Assembly (NCBI GenBank): GCA_964016885.1
Contig: OZ024743.1
Location: forward strand, 286,130,001 to 286,194,000
Source: Eledone cirrhosa
Taxonomy: Eukaryota
Reading direction: 5' to 3'
DNA: 64,000 nucleotides
Position 1 is the first letter of the stretch, and each line of letters begins with the position of its first letter. The notes under the pieces were generated by a model. That model was not told where the DNA came from and ran no database searches. It was given only the letters and a program-made list of their open reading frames with translations. Below are positions 1 to 14,350 of this stretch, piece by piece. The translations under genes and the position numbers were made by a program.

Positions 1-1476
<1,476 letters not shown>

Positions 1477-1480
<4 letters not shown>

Positions 1481-2391
1481 CAGACCTACTGGCTGTTACC
1501 CAATGGGCAGAGAAGAACAACATGTTACTGAACGAAGACAAATTCGAACTGATCCACTTTGGAAAAGAGGATGCTCTGAAACTCCCGTACTCCCTTCCCT
1601 CCGGGGAAACTCTCGTGGCATCTAACAACATCAGAGACTTGGGAGTAACCGTGGACAGCAACATAAGCTGGACCACGCATATAAGCAGCAAAGTTGACAT
1701 GGCCCGCAGAATGTGTTCCTGGATCCTCAGAACCTTCCAGTCGAGAGATTCCCGCACCATTATCCTTCTCTTCTCTACTTTCGCCCGACCACACCTTGAA
1801 TACTGTTGTCCACTGTGGTCTCCCCACACGAAACAAAGTATCATGAAACTTGAAGCTCCTCAAAGGGCAATCACGAAAAAGATAGATGGCATGTCAGACC
1901 TTGACTACTGGGGTCGATTAGAAAACCTGAAACTTTACTCACTCCAACGTCGCCGTGAGCGTTATATTATCTGCATGATGTGGAAAATGTTCCATCATCA
2001 CTGCCCAAATGATGTTGGCATCGCCTTCAAGATACACCCAAGGCTTGGGCCTCGTGCTATCCGTCCCATTCAAAAATCTAAATCGCAACTCATAACAACA
2101 ATACGGCACAATTATTTCACCTCAATCGGCCCTGCTCTCTTCAACATCACACCAGGACACTTCAAAACAGAAACTGACCACACAAAATTCAAGAAGTCTT
2201 TGGACAAATTCCTCCAAGTAATCCCGGACAAACCACCCACACCCGGATATGTCTCCGCAAACAGTAATTCTCTTCTCGAATGGGCCATGGTGCCCAAATC
2301 CTGAATTGAAAGACTTCGCCAGGTGGTGCTATTAAGTTAGACATGGCCTGGGCCAATACTGGCCAAAACATTTCAAAGTTGTTCAAAGTTG
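1477..2391 (+). mobile_element. 5'-truncated CR1-group LINE: C-terminus of ORF2 (RT thumb region), 3' UTR and short tandem tail
   Basis: ORF 1477-2304 has [33 protein letters not shown] and FKKSLDKFL motifs typical of CR1/L2-group ORF2. Ends in (TTCAAAGTTG)x2. Flanked by (TA)n on both sides. Confidence 0.9.
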
Positions 2392-2462
2392 TATATATAT
2401 ATATATACATATATACATACATATATACATACATATATACATAATATATACACACACATATA

Positions 2463-2508
<46 letters not shown>

Positions 2509-2724
2509 TATACATACATATATATATATACACACACACACACGCACACATACACACACATACACACACACACATATATGCATATTCCATTTATCTTATG
2601 TTGTTTATCAATGGGTAGAACTGGTGATTCTAGTTAGTAACTGATGATGCAATAAATTAAACCACATGACGACGTTATACAGATCATCCACCGTAGATGT
2701 GGAAGAACGGGGTTAAATGTTCAA

Positions 2725-3136
2725 TAAAAACAACAGAAGGCTGGACTGGAAACTTTCTTTAAAAATTTTAATTCCGCTAAAACACTATACATATTTCAAT
2801 GGCCTAGTTTCATCACCCGATCATGATGCAAGACTTAGATGATTTCATCAGGTGTTGATTGCAGAATTAAGAAAATTGAATTAGGAAGAATAAAAATAAG
2901 AGAAGATAAATATTAATGTGTGACATTCGGCGATGGTTTGTCGTTACAATAACACCAAATTGATAAGCCATCCTCGAACCAAATCTATCCTCTATTTTCT
3001 ATTCTCATTGTTCGCCGTAGCTCTCTTGTCTTATATAACTAATTCTGCATTCAAAACTGGGCCATTGAAATATTTATAATGTTTTCGCGGAATTAAAATG
3101 TTAAAGAAAGTTTCCAGCCCGGCCTTCTGTTGTTTT

Positions 3137-3138
<2 letters not shown>
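2725..3138 (-). mobile_element. Non-coding fold-back element with a decayed hammerhead in the left arm
   Basis: Inverted arms 2725-2869 and 3040-3138. Minus strand of 2796-2858 reads CTGATGA-aatcatc...gggtgat-GAAA-ctag. Confidence 0.6.
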
Positions 3139-3189
<51 letters not shown>

Positions 3190-3190
<1 letters not shown>

Positions 3191-4800
3191 GGCGGGTAAA
3201 ATTCACGAGATCCACGGACGAGTTCTTCCCAGCGGTCTCTGTCCTTCATTATCGCTGCCATGTTCTGCGTCTCCCAGAGTCCAGTGTCTGCCCTTAGGGC
3301 ATCAATATATGTCAACCTCGGTCTCCCTCTTCTAGTGTGTCCGTGTAGGGGCTCCCACAGGAGCACTGAGTGCAGTGTCAATTCTGAATGTCAGTGAGCA
3401 TGTCCAGCTAACCCCAGTCTCTTCTGTGTTACTTTCGAGCTGACTCTTGGGAGGCTCCCGTACAGCTCTGAGTTTTTCATCCTCAGTATATACTGATTAA
3501 TGTTCAGAGCCATTCTCAGCCTTCTCGTGTAGCACCCATCCACCATCTGAGTGAGTTTCTTGGTCAGTGTCCAAGTCTCAGACCCGTACAGTAGTGCAGA
3601 TTCCACGGTAGCAACGAAGAGACGGATCTTCAGGTCTTTACGAAGGTCCTACTTCCACACCTATCTCAAACTGTGGCACGCCGCTTAGGCTTTGCTCTTC
3701 CTCTCAACCACATCATCCTCTGTGTTCCCAATCTTTGCTCCCAGGTACAAGAAGTCCTCAACCAACTCAACGGCTTCCCGCTTATATTCATAATCTTCTC
3801 TGGCTTCTTAATGTCCTCTACCAGATACTTCGTCTTAATCTCATTCATTCTCAACCTCACACTCATCGACACAGTCTCCACCCCCTGCATCAACTCCTCT
3901 GCCCCCTTCACTGTGTTTGTCACCAAAACTATGTCATCAGCAAATCCAATATCTGATATCTTATTCGCCTTAACTCTCCTGCTCTGAGCCAGTGCTACAG
4001 TAAAGCCAGAGTCCTGGTGTTTCTCTAGTGCAAGGCGCATACAACAGTTCACTACGATGATAAAAAGGTAGGGATCCAATGTATTTCCCTGGAGCACTCT
4101 AGCCAGTATCTCAAAGAACTCCGTCATCCCGTCAGGTGTAATTACTTGGGCTCTAGTGTTGGTGTAGAGCAGTGATATCAGGTCCACTATCTTCTTGGGG
4201 ATTCCATAAGCCTGTAAGATCTTCATCAGGCAGTGGCGGTCCACAGAATCAAAGGCCTTCCTAAAGTCAATGAAAACCATGACAGCAGGAAGGCTCTTTG
4301 CTCTAGCTCCCTCTAATATCCTCCTCAGCATCAGGATGTGACTGGTGGTTGATCTTCCCTCTCTGAAGACGTTCTGGTTGTCCCTCAGCTTCTTCTCTAT
4401 CTCGGACTGGATCCTGTTAAGAATCATCCTATTGAGGGTCTTTGCCACAAGTGACGTCAGTGAGATCCGCCTGTAGTTGTTGGTGTTAGAGAGATTTCCG
4501 TTATTTGGCATTGGGACGATGTTATTGATCCTCCACTGACTCCTTTTTCTAGTGCCTGGTTACAGAACTCCAGGATGATATCATCAAAATCACACCTCCT
4601 CATCTCCTCTGATGCCACTCCATCTTCTCCATGGGCCTTGCCCTCCTTGATCTTCTTGGCTCTCTGAAGCTCCTCTCTGGCGAAGAGTCCTGTCTTAATA
4701 TCCAGTTCCTCAAACAGCTGCCTGATCTCCCCAGTGTTCCGGGCTGTGGAAGGCGGCTCTCCTAGTAGGGTCTTAAAATGGTCCAGCCGTTTCCAAAACA
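3190..4800 (-). mobile_element. 5'-truncated, frameshifted RTE-type LINE (RT domain to 3' end)
   Basis: ORF pieces with NYRRISL, FIDFRKAFDSV, VLQGNTLDP, FADD, ALLYGSETWTL and RRGRPRLTY. The 3' end abuts a TA/CA microsatellite. Confidence 0.92.
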
Positions 4801-4841
4801 AAGGGAAATAACCGACGCGTTTCTCGTTGTTTAGCGGTAAT

Positions 4842-5030
4842 CAAAGCATGTTGTCCGGTAGAGCGTTGGACAACATGCTTTGCAGCATAGAGTTATGGCC
4901 CATTACATTCTGAGTTCAAATCCTGCCGAGGTTAAGTTTGCCTTTCATCCTTACGGGGTCGATAAAATAAAGCAGCAGTAATGCACTGGGTAATTGCTGG
5001 CCTTGTGCCAGAAGTAGTAACAATTATTAA
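4842..5030 (+). mobile_element. tRNA-derived SINE (octopus OR-like), 5'-truncated with a 15-bp snap-back hairpin
   Basis: B box GAGTTCAAATCC plus the shared body TTTGCCTTTCATCCTTACGGGGTCGATAAAATAAAG, repeated many times in the window. Confidence 0.85.
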
Positions 5031-5035
5031 ATATA

Positions 5036-5185
5036 CGCTATGAATTTAAGGTATGTAACTATAGTCACTACCTTAAATCCATAGCGAAAGGCCTTCCAAA
5101 TGTTTTAAAATAAACATACAGTATATTATTAAATATACAATACATGCATTCATATATAAATCACTATTTCAGAGCTCTAACACAA
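5036..5185 (+). mobile_element. Fragment of the 16.3-kb retrozyme-like family with a 5' fold-back
   Basis: Hairpin 5036-5086. The body resembles the 16.3-kb family (tagtcactac...aaggccttcc...atacagtatatt...atcactatttcagagc). Confidence 0.65.
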
Positions 5186-5363
5186 ATATATATATACCAC
5201 TCACCCTCTCAAAAGCGTGAACCTAATAAACTCACATTTGTACTGCCTCTCTGTTTTTGGTCCCGTCTAAGATTTAACTATATATATATATATATATAAA
5301 GTCTGTCTTAAGCCAGAAGGCTCATTTGGCCGGTGCTTATCCCGGTTTCTATATATATATCTA

Positions 5364-5444
<81 letters not shown>

Positions 5445-5606
5445 GGAGAGAGATTTGTGTGGTGTGTGTGCGCATACACAGCATGCACACACACTTATAT
5501 GCGTGAGTACAAAAACGTTCTTGACGTCAGCATGACATTCATTATAACAGAAAATAGGCTATTGATTTATTGATTTACAGAGTATGATTTCTAGCTACAT
5601 TTATAG

Positions 5607-5664
5607 GATGGTAAATTCCGAATATTTATCAGTGCCAAATTACAGTTTGCTGAGAAGTCATTTG
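5607..5664 (+). CDS. Candidate 58-nt internal host exon (DGKFRIFISAKLQFAEKSF in one frame)
   Basis: ttatAG acceptor and GTaaat donor; phase-compatible with the candidate at 7284. No homology evidence. Confidence 0.25.
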
Positions 5665-6324
5665 GTAAATATGGGGAATGACTATACAATACGAAGCCAT
5701 TCGGATTCTTGTTTTCCCATCGAATATTATACATGAGGCTATGAAATAAGTGAATCAAGGCAAACTCATAGTGGTGGTGGCGGTTGTCGTCGTCGTGTTG
5801 GGGACGGTTGTAGGTTTAGACGTTGGATATACCATCGAAAAGAAATATCAACCAGAAAAAAATACATTTTTTTAGAACAGTACGATATTTGAAATTCTCA
5901 TATTGACAATGGAATGTGAAGGTCAAGAACATTTTCTTACGCACGTATTCGACATGAATAGGCACACATACATATGTGCGTATTCGCGAACGCAATATTT
6001 TTGTAAGAGGAAAGCATTCTTTATGCATGTGCACGTCTGATATGGGAAAGCACCTAGCCTATATAACCCCGTTAAACATTAACTTAAAACGTTTTTTACT
6101 CGAATTTTGTGTTGAACAAAAGAGTGCTACCCTCACATCATTCTTATTTATGTCAATAGAAATGAAACTACTGTAGCTCGTATTGACACCATGTTCACTT
6201 TGCCTAGTACACTAACAGTTGAAACAGTTACTAATCCATACTAGGGCGTCGCAAGAGAGCCTATCATATAGACACAGACCAACGAAGGAAAATGAATGGT
6301 GAATTTACTAACAGTACTCAAATA

Positions 6325-6542
6325 ATTGTTTCTACTTTTGGCACAAAGCCAGCAATTCGAAGGGGAGGGGAAAGTCGATGAAATCGTCCCCAGTACTTAC
6401 TGGTGCTTCATTTTATCGACCCCGTAAGGATGAAAGGCAAAGCTGACGTCGGCGGGATTTGAACTCAGAACATAAAGGGCCATCACTCTATGTCGCGAAG
6501 TATTTTGTCCGACGCTCTCCCGATACTGTCAATCTGTTGCCC
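6325..6542 (-). mobile_element. OR-like tRNA-derived SINE
   Basis: Reverse complement of the shared SINE body (GGATTTGAACTC B box). Confidence 0.88.
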
Positions 6543-6630
6543 TCAACAGCACTCAAATAATGACAACACTTAAAATTTAATCTGGTTGTCGCAGTAGAGA
6601 ATAGCAACATAGACTCTGAAATGTCATGTA

Positions 6631-6813
6631 ATTGTTTCTACTTTAGGCACAAGGCCAGCAATTACCTAGTGCATTACTGGTGCTTTATTTTATCGACCCC
6701 GTAAGGATGAAAGGCAAAGTCAACCTCGGCGGGATTTGAACTCAGATCGTAAAGGGACGTAACTATGCTGGAAAGCATGGCGTCCGACCCTCTACCGATA
6801 CTGCCAATCCACC
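6631..6813 (-). mobile_element. OR-like tRNA-derived SINE
   Basis: Same family, reverse orientation. Confidence 0.88.
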
Positions 6814-7283
6814 GAATGTCATGTAATGTCGTGTGTTAGTCACAGGGAATAAAATTTGCACCACAATACTGAAGTGTTTATTTTTTAAGTGAATTAGCTA
6901 GTACATATAGAAAACAAATCAGATGAGAAACGCTATGCAAAATAACTTCAGTGACTATTCTAAACTTAAGGGTAGAATATGATAAAAAAATATATCAAAC
7001 TGTTATTTGAATCCCTCGGTCATATGCAGATTAGGATTAATCATTAAATAATATAAGCAAAAGTATCGGATTTACCATGGTATTACTGGTAAATTATAAC
7101 ATAAAAAAAAGATTAATGTTGGAAATTTGCATTTTTTATTTGCTCTATTTGGTTACTGCAATTTAGAGTTAAATAAAATAAAATAAAAACATTATATATA
7201 GTTGTAGGGTCAAGACAGGGAAGTAAAACGCATGAAAATTTACCTTTTAACTTATTTTCAGCACTTATTTTCTATTTTGTTAG

Positions 7284-7339
7284 ACAATGAAATTATCGAA
7301 GAGACACCATTGTTGGGTTACACTCAGAGAATAAGCTGA
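7284..7339 (+). CDS. Candidate terminal coding exon (xNEIIEETPLLGYTQRIS*)
   Basis: Strong acceptor tattttctattttgttAG. The open frame contains an EETPLL dileucine-type motif. Followed by AT-rich, UTR-like sequence. Confidence 0.35.
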
Positions 7340-7444
7340 CGTTAAACCGACCGTGGTTATATGAGAGCCACTTTGCAATGGCAACGTAAAATTCAGAGAC
7401 TCTTTAGAAGAGATTCAGAAAAATTCTGACCGCTTAATATTTTT

Positions 7445-8370
7445 GAACTCGTACCAGAAAAACCTACTTTCCAAAATATACAAAAACCGAGTGTTTGAAA
7501 AAATTGAATAACTACTCTGTTACACCTGGCCACAAAGACCAGAGCAGGCTAACCTCAGATATTTTACAAACCTAGTAATAAATTACCGGTGGGTTATTTT
7601 GATGCCTTTTTTAAAAATTATTTCGACGTCACAGAAGTTGATGTTCCTCAATGCAACTGGCTTCTGAAATGGGAGTTGATTGAGACCGCAAGTGATCATG
7701 GGAACGGCAGCAAACACATTAATTTGTCCTTGCTTTTTACAACATTCTCTACCATATATTTTATTGCTTTTTAATTTCTCATTCCCTATTCAGTAATTTA
7801 CCGGTTTATATCCACCTGGCTGAAGATAGTAATCTATCACAAGTCAGGTTGACGAAGAAAAACAGCAATTGACACGAACACGACGTTGGGTATCAAGAAA
7901 AAAAGAACATCAAATAAAAGCTTGTGTGTTAGTTGGTGTGCAACAAGGTGAGACGGAGAGTTATTGAGATTAAATGAAGCTTCACTGAACAATATTTACA
8001 CGCGACTGGAACGAATTGCTTTATTTATTATTCACTGTCCATTATCCTTGACTGTTTAGGTATTTATTTAATGAAATGGAACTATACGTCTTTGTTTGCT
8101 TATCTCGCCATATTAATATTGACAATCCTTGTTAAATGATTCTTTGTATTGTTATACGAATCTGATTTTTGTAATGCGAAAGTGATTTTCTTGTTTTATG
8201 TATTTTTATGTATTTGTTCGGGTTTTTAATTCAGAAAGATACATAGTATTTATTATTCAATTTCATGTAGGGCTATCGATTGTTTGTATCACATAAACGG
8301 CGTCTAGTGGTGTCTTTGGCAGAAGCAATTCATCACTCGACGAGTCAGTCAAACAACCCAAGCTGAAACA
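7445..8370 (+). repeat. Left copy of a diverged ~0.9-kb inverted duplication (partner 12435-13265)
   Basis: Long matching blocks, e.g. aaataaaagcttgtgtgttagttggtgtgcaac and its reverse complement near 12840-12870. Confidence 0.9.
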
Positions 8371-8681
8371 TAGCTTTATGTAGATGGTTCCATTGCTCAC
8401 GTTTCCTTATCAGGTGTCATCTACACATAAACTAGACATATTACGCCAAATTAGTGCAGTTTCTGTAGGTACAGACCTCAAAAATATCTTTGAATAAGAA
8501 CATGAAAATCTAGTATTTTTATAAACAGCCAGATATCAACAACACACCGATAAGACGCCAATGTGGTCACAAATGCTTGGACTTAACATTTCTGATGATC
8601 TTTTATAACGATCTCATAATTAAATTTGTTCAATTTTCCATTTCCATTCTTTTTTTTGTCGCTGCACTTTTAACTTCATAC

Positions 8682-8705
8682 CTTGACACGCGCAGATAGG
8701 TACCA
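8682..8705 (-). CDS. Candidate 24-nt micro-exon
   Basis: Minus strand reads aatttgtttttAG|TGGTACCTATCTGCGCGTGTCAAG|GTatga; frame-preserving length. Confidence 0.25.
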
Positions 8706-10369
8706 CTAAAAACAAATTAAACATTCTCCGCTAAAATAGCCCTATTGTCCTCAGTATGCAGCTCATCAATGTGACTTGTACTATATAAAATGTAATTCAA
8801 CAAGTACAAGAATCGAGTCTTTTTTCTTCCAACACTATCGCCTGCCTTTCGCCTGCTTCGTAACCAAACAGCGGCTCGTGGATCAATTTGGTGTCATCTT
8901 CAAAGACCGGTATAATTTTTGACGATATGCGCACTGTGCATTGGCCTCCGCGTGTGTTAGTCGAATGAATGTCTCTGTGGAGCTATTGTCGATAAGTTTG
9001 GACATAATCTACTTTTTTGTATCACTGCGGGGTGTTTCCCTCGCCACGCTGTTCTGAATGATGTCAATAAAAGGAGCTTCGACGCTGCCTGTTTACTGTC
9101 ATAACTCGAACATGTCCTCCTCGACTGCGGTGATGGCTGAAATAACCCTTTTCTCATTTGCCAAACTTATCATTGACCATATACATAGACATTGCCGCTC
9201 ACAAAGCAGTGGAGAGAAAGATGATTAAATATTAGTCATTAACGGAGACATACCATTTCATTCCTGTTTCTGTTGAAATCTACTGTGTTCTCAGTCCCTG
9301 AACTTCTGCATTCCTCTGCCAAATTGGGATGAGGGCATCGCACCTGGGAAAGGCTAATGCAGCGGATATCGCTGGCTGTTTATTGTTGGCGAGTGGTAGC
9401 TGAAATATGCTGTTCAACCGAGAGTGTAGAATTTCCCTTGCCTTTCTTTGTTCTCTTTTTTTTTTTGTTTGTTTTTGCAGTGTATATTTGAAAAATAAAG
9501 CAAATATTAAGGCTTCAATAAAAAAAAAAAAAAATCAACCACTGTGAATATACTGTTGAATTTCACCAGTGTATCTTCTCTTGCATCAGTACATAAGGAA
9601 TATGTATTTAGTCCTAGTCTAAAATGATTATTTTTGTGGTGGTAGTTGTAGTGGTTGAGAGAGAAGGCAGAGAATAATTGTGATAGCAGATGGGAGGGGG
9701 GGGGGGGGAGAAAACACAGAGAACAAACAATGAAGGAATGTGCATAAACGAAAAGAAAAAAAAATATAGAATAAAAAAGGGATGAAACGTGATGGGAATA
9801 AAGATAGAGGGAAAAACAGGAAATCATAGATAAAAAAATGGGATAGTTTGAAGAAAGCTGGCGAGAAAGGGGGAGAGAAAATATAGGAAGCTTGTGGAAA
9901 ATACGACGGGGAGAATAAGAGAATTAGTAGTTGGATAATAGGTAATCAATAGTTTAGAAATGTCAAAAGAAGCATTTATTAACTTCAGTAAATATATGTA
10001 TAAATATATGTATAAATGTTAAAGAAGTTTCCATATGTGAATGTATCGTAAATACACAGAGTAACGCTGCCACCACCAGCACAACCACCACCACTAAAAC
10101 TACCAACACTGCCACTACCACCACCACCGCAATGATAATCGCATAGACATACTGAAGAACTTCTCTGACAAGCAGAACCCCAACTGCATGCTGTTTCATG
10201 GTCCCATCGGATAACGAGGGAGACGCGTTGAAATAGTCATTCCAATTAACGTTGGTTAACTCCATCTCGATAGCAGCGAGTATTTTTGTTTTCTGGTCAA
10301 TTTCTAACGTTCTATGTTTTTCTTTTTCATTCCAGTGCACAAGTTGGAATTGGAATGGAATTCCGTTGG

Positions 10370-10690
10370 TTTCGACGGTGAATGTTCCAGTTGTTCGATC
10401 AACTGAACAGCCTGCAAATGAAACTAACGTGTAAATGGCTGCGTATTTCCCAGACAGGTGCACCCTAAATATAATTCTTAGGGAGATTCAGCGTGACACA
10501 GTGTATGACAAGGCAGACCCTTTGAAGTACAGGTACAGTCCATCCGATGGACTTCCAACAGTTTCCGTCTGTCCAATTTAACTCACAAGGCTTGAGTCGA
10601 TCCAAGACTATGGTAAATAACACATGGGCAAGATACCAGGCAGTAGTATCGAACCCAAGACATTATGGTTGCGAAGCGAGCTTCTCAACG
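10370..10690 (+). mobile_element. Abundant interspersed repeat (related copies near 11220-11450, 24000-24340 and 59930-60120)
   Basis: Shared string gagattcagcgtgacacagtgtatgacaaggc...ctttgaattacaggtaca...gtttccgtctatccaattt. Confidence 0.75.
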
Positions 10691-11554
10691 ATTCAGCCAT
10701 TCTTCGCCCGCATACATGTTAGAGCTCATACAATGTCTTTTATTTTAAAAAAATCTGTACTTTTGTTAATTCTTACCAAACCCACCCCTAACTTTTATCA
10801 CAGAATGGATACAGACAAGAGAGAAAAAATGGAAAGACGCAGACAAAATAGATGTAGCCAATTATATTTCGTAACTTTTTTTTCTTAGTCTTACGTTTTA
10901 TTTTTTCGCATTTTTTGCCAAGAATTTCATTCAACTTTTATTACTTTTCAGCGGCAGATTAATGAAAAGAAAGAGTGAATGTAAAAACTGTTCGTTGGAG
11001 AAGTTCAACAAGCTTCATTTCGTATTTGAATTTTATTCGCTTTATTATATTTTATACTTAACTATAAGCTACAGAAACAAATAGAAGAGCAAACTTCCAA
11101 GCAATTTTTCAGTCGAACTTCTAATTCTGTTGTTGAAAAGAGTACTTATTCTCTAGGGTATGTAGGGAAAACATTAAGATATAGAAAGAGGTAATAAAAA
11201 TGACGTCAATGGAAGAGCCTGCTTATGAAATTAACGTGTATGTGGCTGAGCATTTCACCGACATGTGTATTGTCAACGTAATATTCAGGGAGATGCAGTG
11301 TGACACAGTGTGTGACAAAGCTGGCTCTTCGTATTATAGATGTGGTTCATCGGACGAGTTTCCAAACAGTTTCCGTCTATCCAATTTTCCTCGGATGAGG
11401 TGAATGGCACTTATCCAAGATGCCACGTTGTGGGATCGAACCCAAGTAGGAAATGGTGAAAGAAATTAAATGAGTTTGGTGTTGGTGAAGCAGAGCAGAT
11501 TGGTTAAAGTTATTTGTCAAAGTTGGTAAATATCTATGTTTGTATATTAGTTAC

Positions 11555-11850
11555 TGGGCGGGAAATTTGAACGTCCAATAGAATGCTTTGCTCTACTCGT
11601 TTCGACTATCTACTTTCTGAATTCAAATCCCGCTGAGGTCAACTTTGTCTTCAATCCATTTGAGGTCGATAAAAAAGTACCCGTCTAGTACTGGGGTTGA
11701 TTCTTCCTTTATATCTCTTTCTCACTTTCATTCTCTCACTCTTTATCCTTCTCTGGGAGAAATTTCCTGGAGAGGAGATAAATTTTAAAATAAAGCCATA
11801 GAAACGTCGTATGTCAATGTGGCGCCCCTACGACCCTCTCGGGAGTTACG
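11555..11850 (+). mobile_element. OR-like SINE variant with extended 3' tail (related copies ~26920-27145 minus, 31580-31890, 55105-55385, 57760-58030)
   Basis: SINE head plus shared tail ctggagaggagat...tagaaacgtcgtatgtcaat...cctacgac. Confidence 0.75.
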
Positions 11851-12434
11851 GCTTCATACATACATTAGTTACTGAGAGTTTGTGGGGGGGGGGGGAAGAT
11901 GCGCATTTTATTGCTAGTGTCATGTTCTCTACTGATTTAATAAATATAATATCATTTCATTGTTTCAAGTGGTCACTTGATAACTTGATAATGAAGTGGA
12001 TGAAAAATACATATTCATCACGTTGCCATTAATAAGTTATCTGTTACCTTCTTAACTAACTTGGTATATCCCTTAACACTTGCAGATACTTTTCTGGGAC
12101 TAAATTCGTCGTAACAGTTATTAGTTATCTGCTTAATGCAGACAATTTTAAATCATGTCTGCATTGAAACTAAGAAGAGCTAAGTAGATCGAAAACACGA
12201 TAATTTGGTTATCGAGTTCACACGATAACTTGTGTTTTTAATCCCTAAATTGCTTCAGATCAGGACTAACTAAATATCTTTATGAAAAATTAATTAACGT
12301 GCACACACATGGTAATTCAAGGCAGGTTATACTGGTGAGATTTCGCAACCTCTTTTCCACTTCTCCATGATTGAATTATATCTCAGCACGCAAGGTTAAT
12401 CAAATACTTGTTAGTTATAAAAGTACCTCATTGA

Positions 12435-13265
12435 TTTTATTCGGCTTGGATTGTTTGACTGATTCGTCGAGTGATGAATTGCTTTCACCAAAGACACCAC
12501 AAGACGCCGTTTATGTGATATAAACCGTCGATAGCCATACATGATATTGAATAATAAATACTATGTATCTTACTGACTTAAAAACCTGAACAAATACATA
12601 AAAAATACATAAAACAGGAAAATTAGTTACGATTGACATAACAAATATCAACAATACAAAGAATCATTTAACAATATTAAATATGGCGAGATAAGCAAGC
12701 AAAGACATATAGTTCCATTTCATTAAATAAATATCTAAATAGTCAAGGATAATGGACAGTGAATAATAAATAAAGCAATTCGTCCCAGTCTCGTGTAAAT
12801 ATTGTTCAGTGAATCTCAACAACTCCGTCTCACCTGGTTGCACACCAACTAACACACAAGCTTTTATTTGATGCTCTTTTTCTAAATGTATATTCATTGC
12901 CTTTTCTTTTCGTCAACCTGACTTGTGGCAGATCGCTATCTTTAGCCACGTGAATATAAGCCGGTTAATTATTATTTTAGTCAATGGGGAATGAGACATT
13001 AAAAAAGACCGTAACAGACTAGTCGTTTATTTCTCATTTTGCATTAACATATCTGTGTGTATTCCGAATACAACCACTGTCATATACGATCCCAACGGCA
13101 AATATCTCTTGTTCTGTATAGTTCTATACATAAGCATGATTCGATCTGAGTGTAATCATGGTTAGAAGATAAACTGATCAGGTGTAACACAAATAGTCCT
13201 TATCCAATGTATTAAGCTTTCGATTTTCGTACATTTCAGTAGATAGGCTTCTCCGGTGCGAGTTT
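12435..13265 (-). repeat. Right copy of the diverged inverted duplication
   Basis: Reverse complement of 7445-8370. AATAAA on the minus strand at the homology end (12436-12441). Confidence 0.9.
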
Positions 13266-13519
13266 TAAAAATATACAGTTGGCAGACATCTGAACCTTTT
13301 CCTAGTATCACGTTTCCGTGTTTAAGTAGGTCTTAATTATTCCTCCAACAGTTTGGTTTGCTTCTTGTCGTACTGCATATCTCTTGGCATCGTTTACCGG
13401 TAGCACGTAGGTATTAACAAGAAACTTCCTATATTGTATCTATATTCAGTAGCTTTATGTTTTTTACCACCAATAAATTCTCGAATAACTGTCAAGCACT
13501 GGAGACGGGCATTCGGGGG

Positions 13520-13696
13520 ATTGGCAGTATCGGTAGAGGGTCGGACACCATGCTTTGATGCACAGAGTTTCGGTCCTTGCTATTCTGAGTTCAAATCCCA
13601 CCGAAGTTAACTTTGCCTTTCATCCTTACGGGGTCGATAAAATAAAGTAATGCGCTGGAATAATTGCTGGCCTTGTACCAAAAGTAGAAACAATTA
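13520..13696 (+). mobile_element. OR-like tRNA-derived SINE
   Basis: A box TGGCAGTATCGG, B box GAGTTCAAATCC and shared body. Confidence 0.88.
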
Positions 13697-14247
13697 TCAT
13701 GAGGTGTACTATTTCACCACTCTCGTAATGTCTAGGCAATTAAAAAGGCAAACAATTACTTAGAAATAATGATAATCAACAGAAACCAATACAGACATCG
13801 ATGTTACCTTTCGTGAATCACTAATATTTCTGTCGCATAGAAACATGAAATCACCCTAGCTCGAGTAGATAAGTTATCCAGAGTCATAATTTACCTACAC
13901 TAAAGGAAATCGATGGAGAGCGGATCCCAGCCAACAAGGAGCAATCGATTTTAATGGGTTTAAGATGGATGTGGATCAGAATTTGTCATTTGAGGATGGC
14001 TTCTCTAAATCATCTGTGTTTATGTTTGTTTTCAATCACAGGAGACCAGATTTCTGAACTGATGAGTCAATGAACATTGTCATTTTTCTGATCATCCTAC
14101 CACAACGAGGAAGTTCTAGAAATAGCATCCAAACCTTTCTCAAATAACACCCTACAACCTTAAAAAAGGAGAAGAGCATACTGGGTAAAGCAGTCCGACA
14201 CAACACCCAAAGGTTTGAAGAGCCATGACTGAAAAACTATAGATGTA

Positions 14248-14350
14248 AGGCGCGTGGCCTAGTGGTTAGGGTGTTGGACTCATGATCATATAGTGGATTC
14301 CTGGATCCAACAGCACGTTGTGCTTTTGAGCAATTCGCTTCATTTCATAA
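14248..14350 (+). mobile_element. Second tRNA-derived SINE family, head only (related copies 18421-18545, 18655-18975, 44630-44790)
   Basis: GGCGCGTGGCCTAGTGGTTAGGG tRNA-like head, followed by gcgttgtg..ttgagcaa..tttatttcac. Confidence 0.75.

Noticed and set aside
2636-2680. CTGATGA motif (also at ~8592 and ~14059)
   Set aside because: No properly placed GAAA or closing stems.
8820-9420. GC-richer stretch with an FEDDTKL (RT-like) peptide on the minus strand
   Set aside because: No other RT motifs and no sustained frame; cannot be assigned.
9963-10463. 166-aa ORF with a hydrophobic tail
   Set aside because: Built from an interspersed repeat plus (CAC)n microsatellite.
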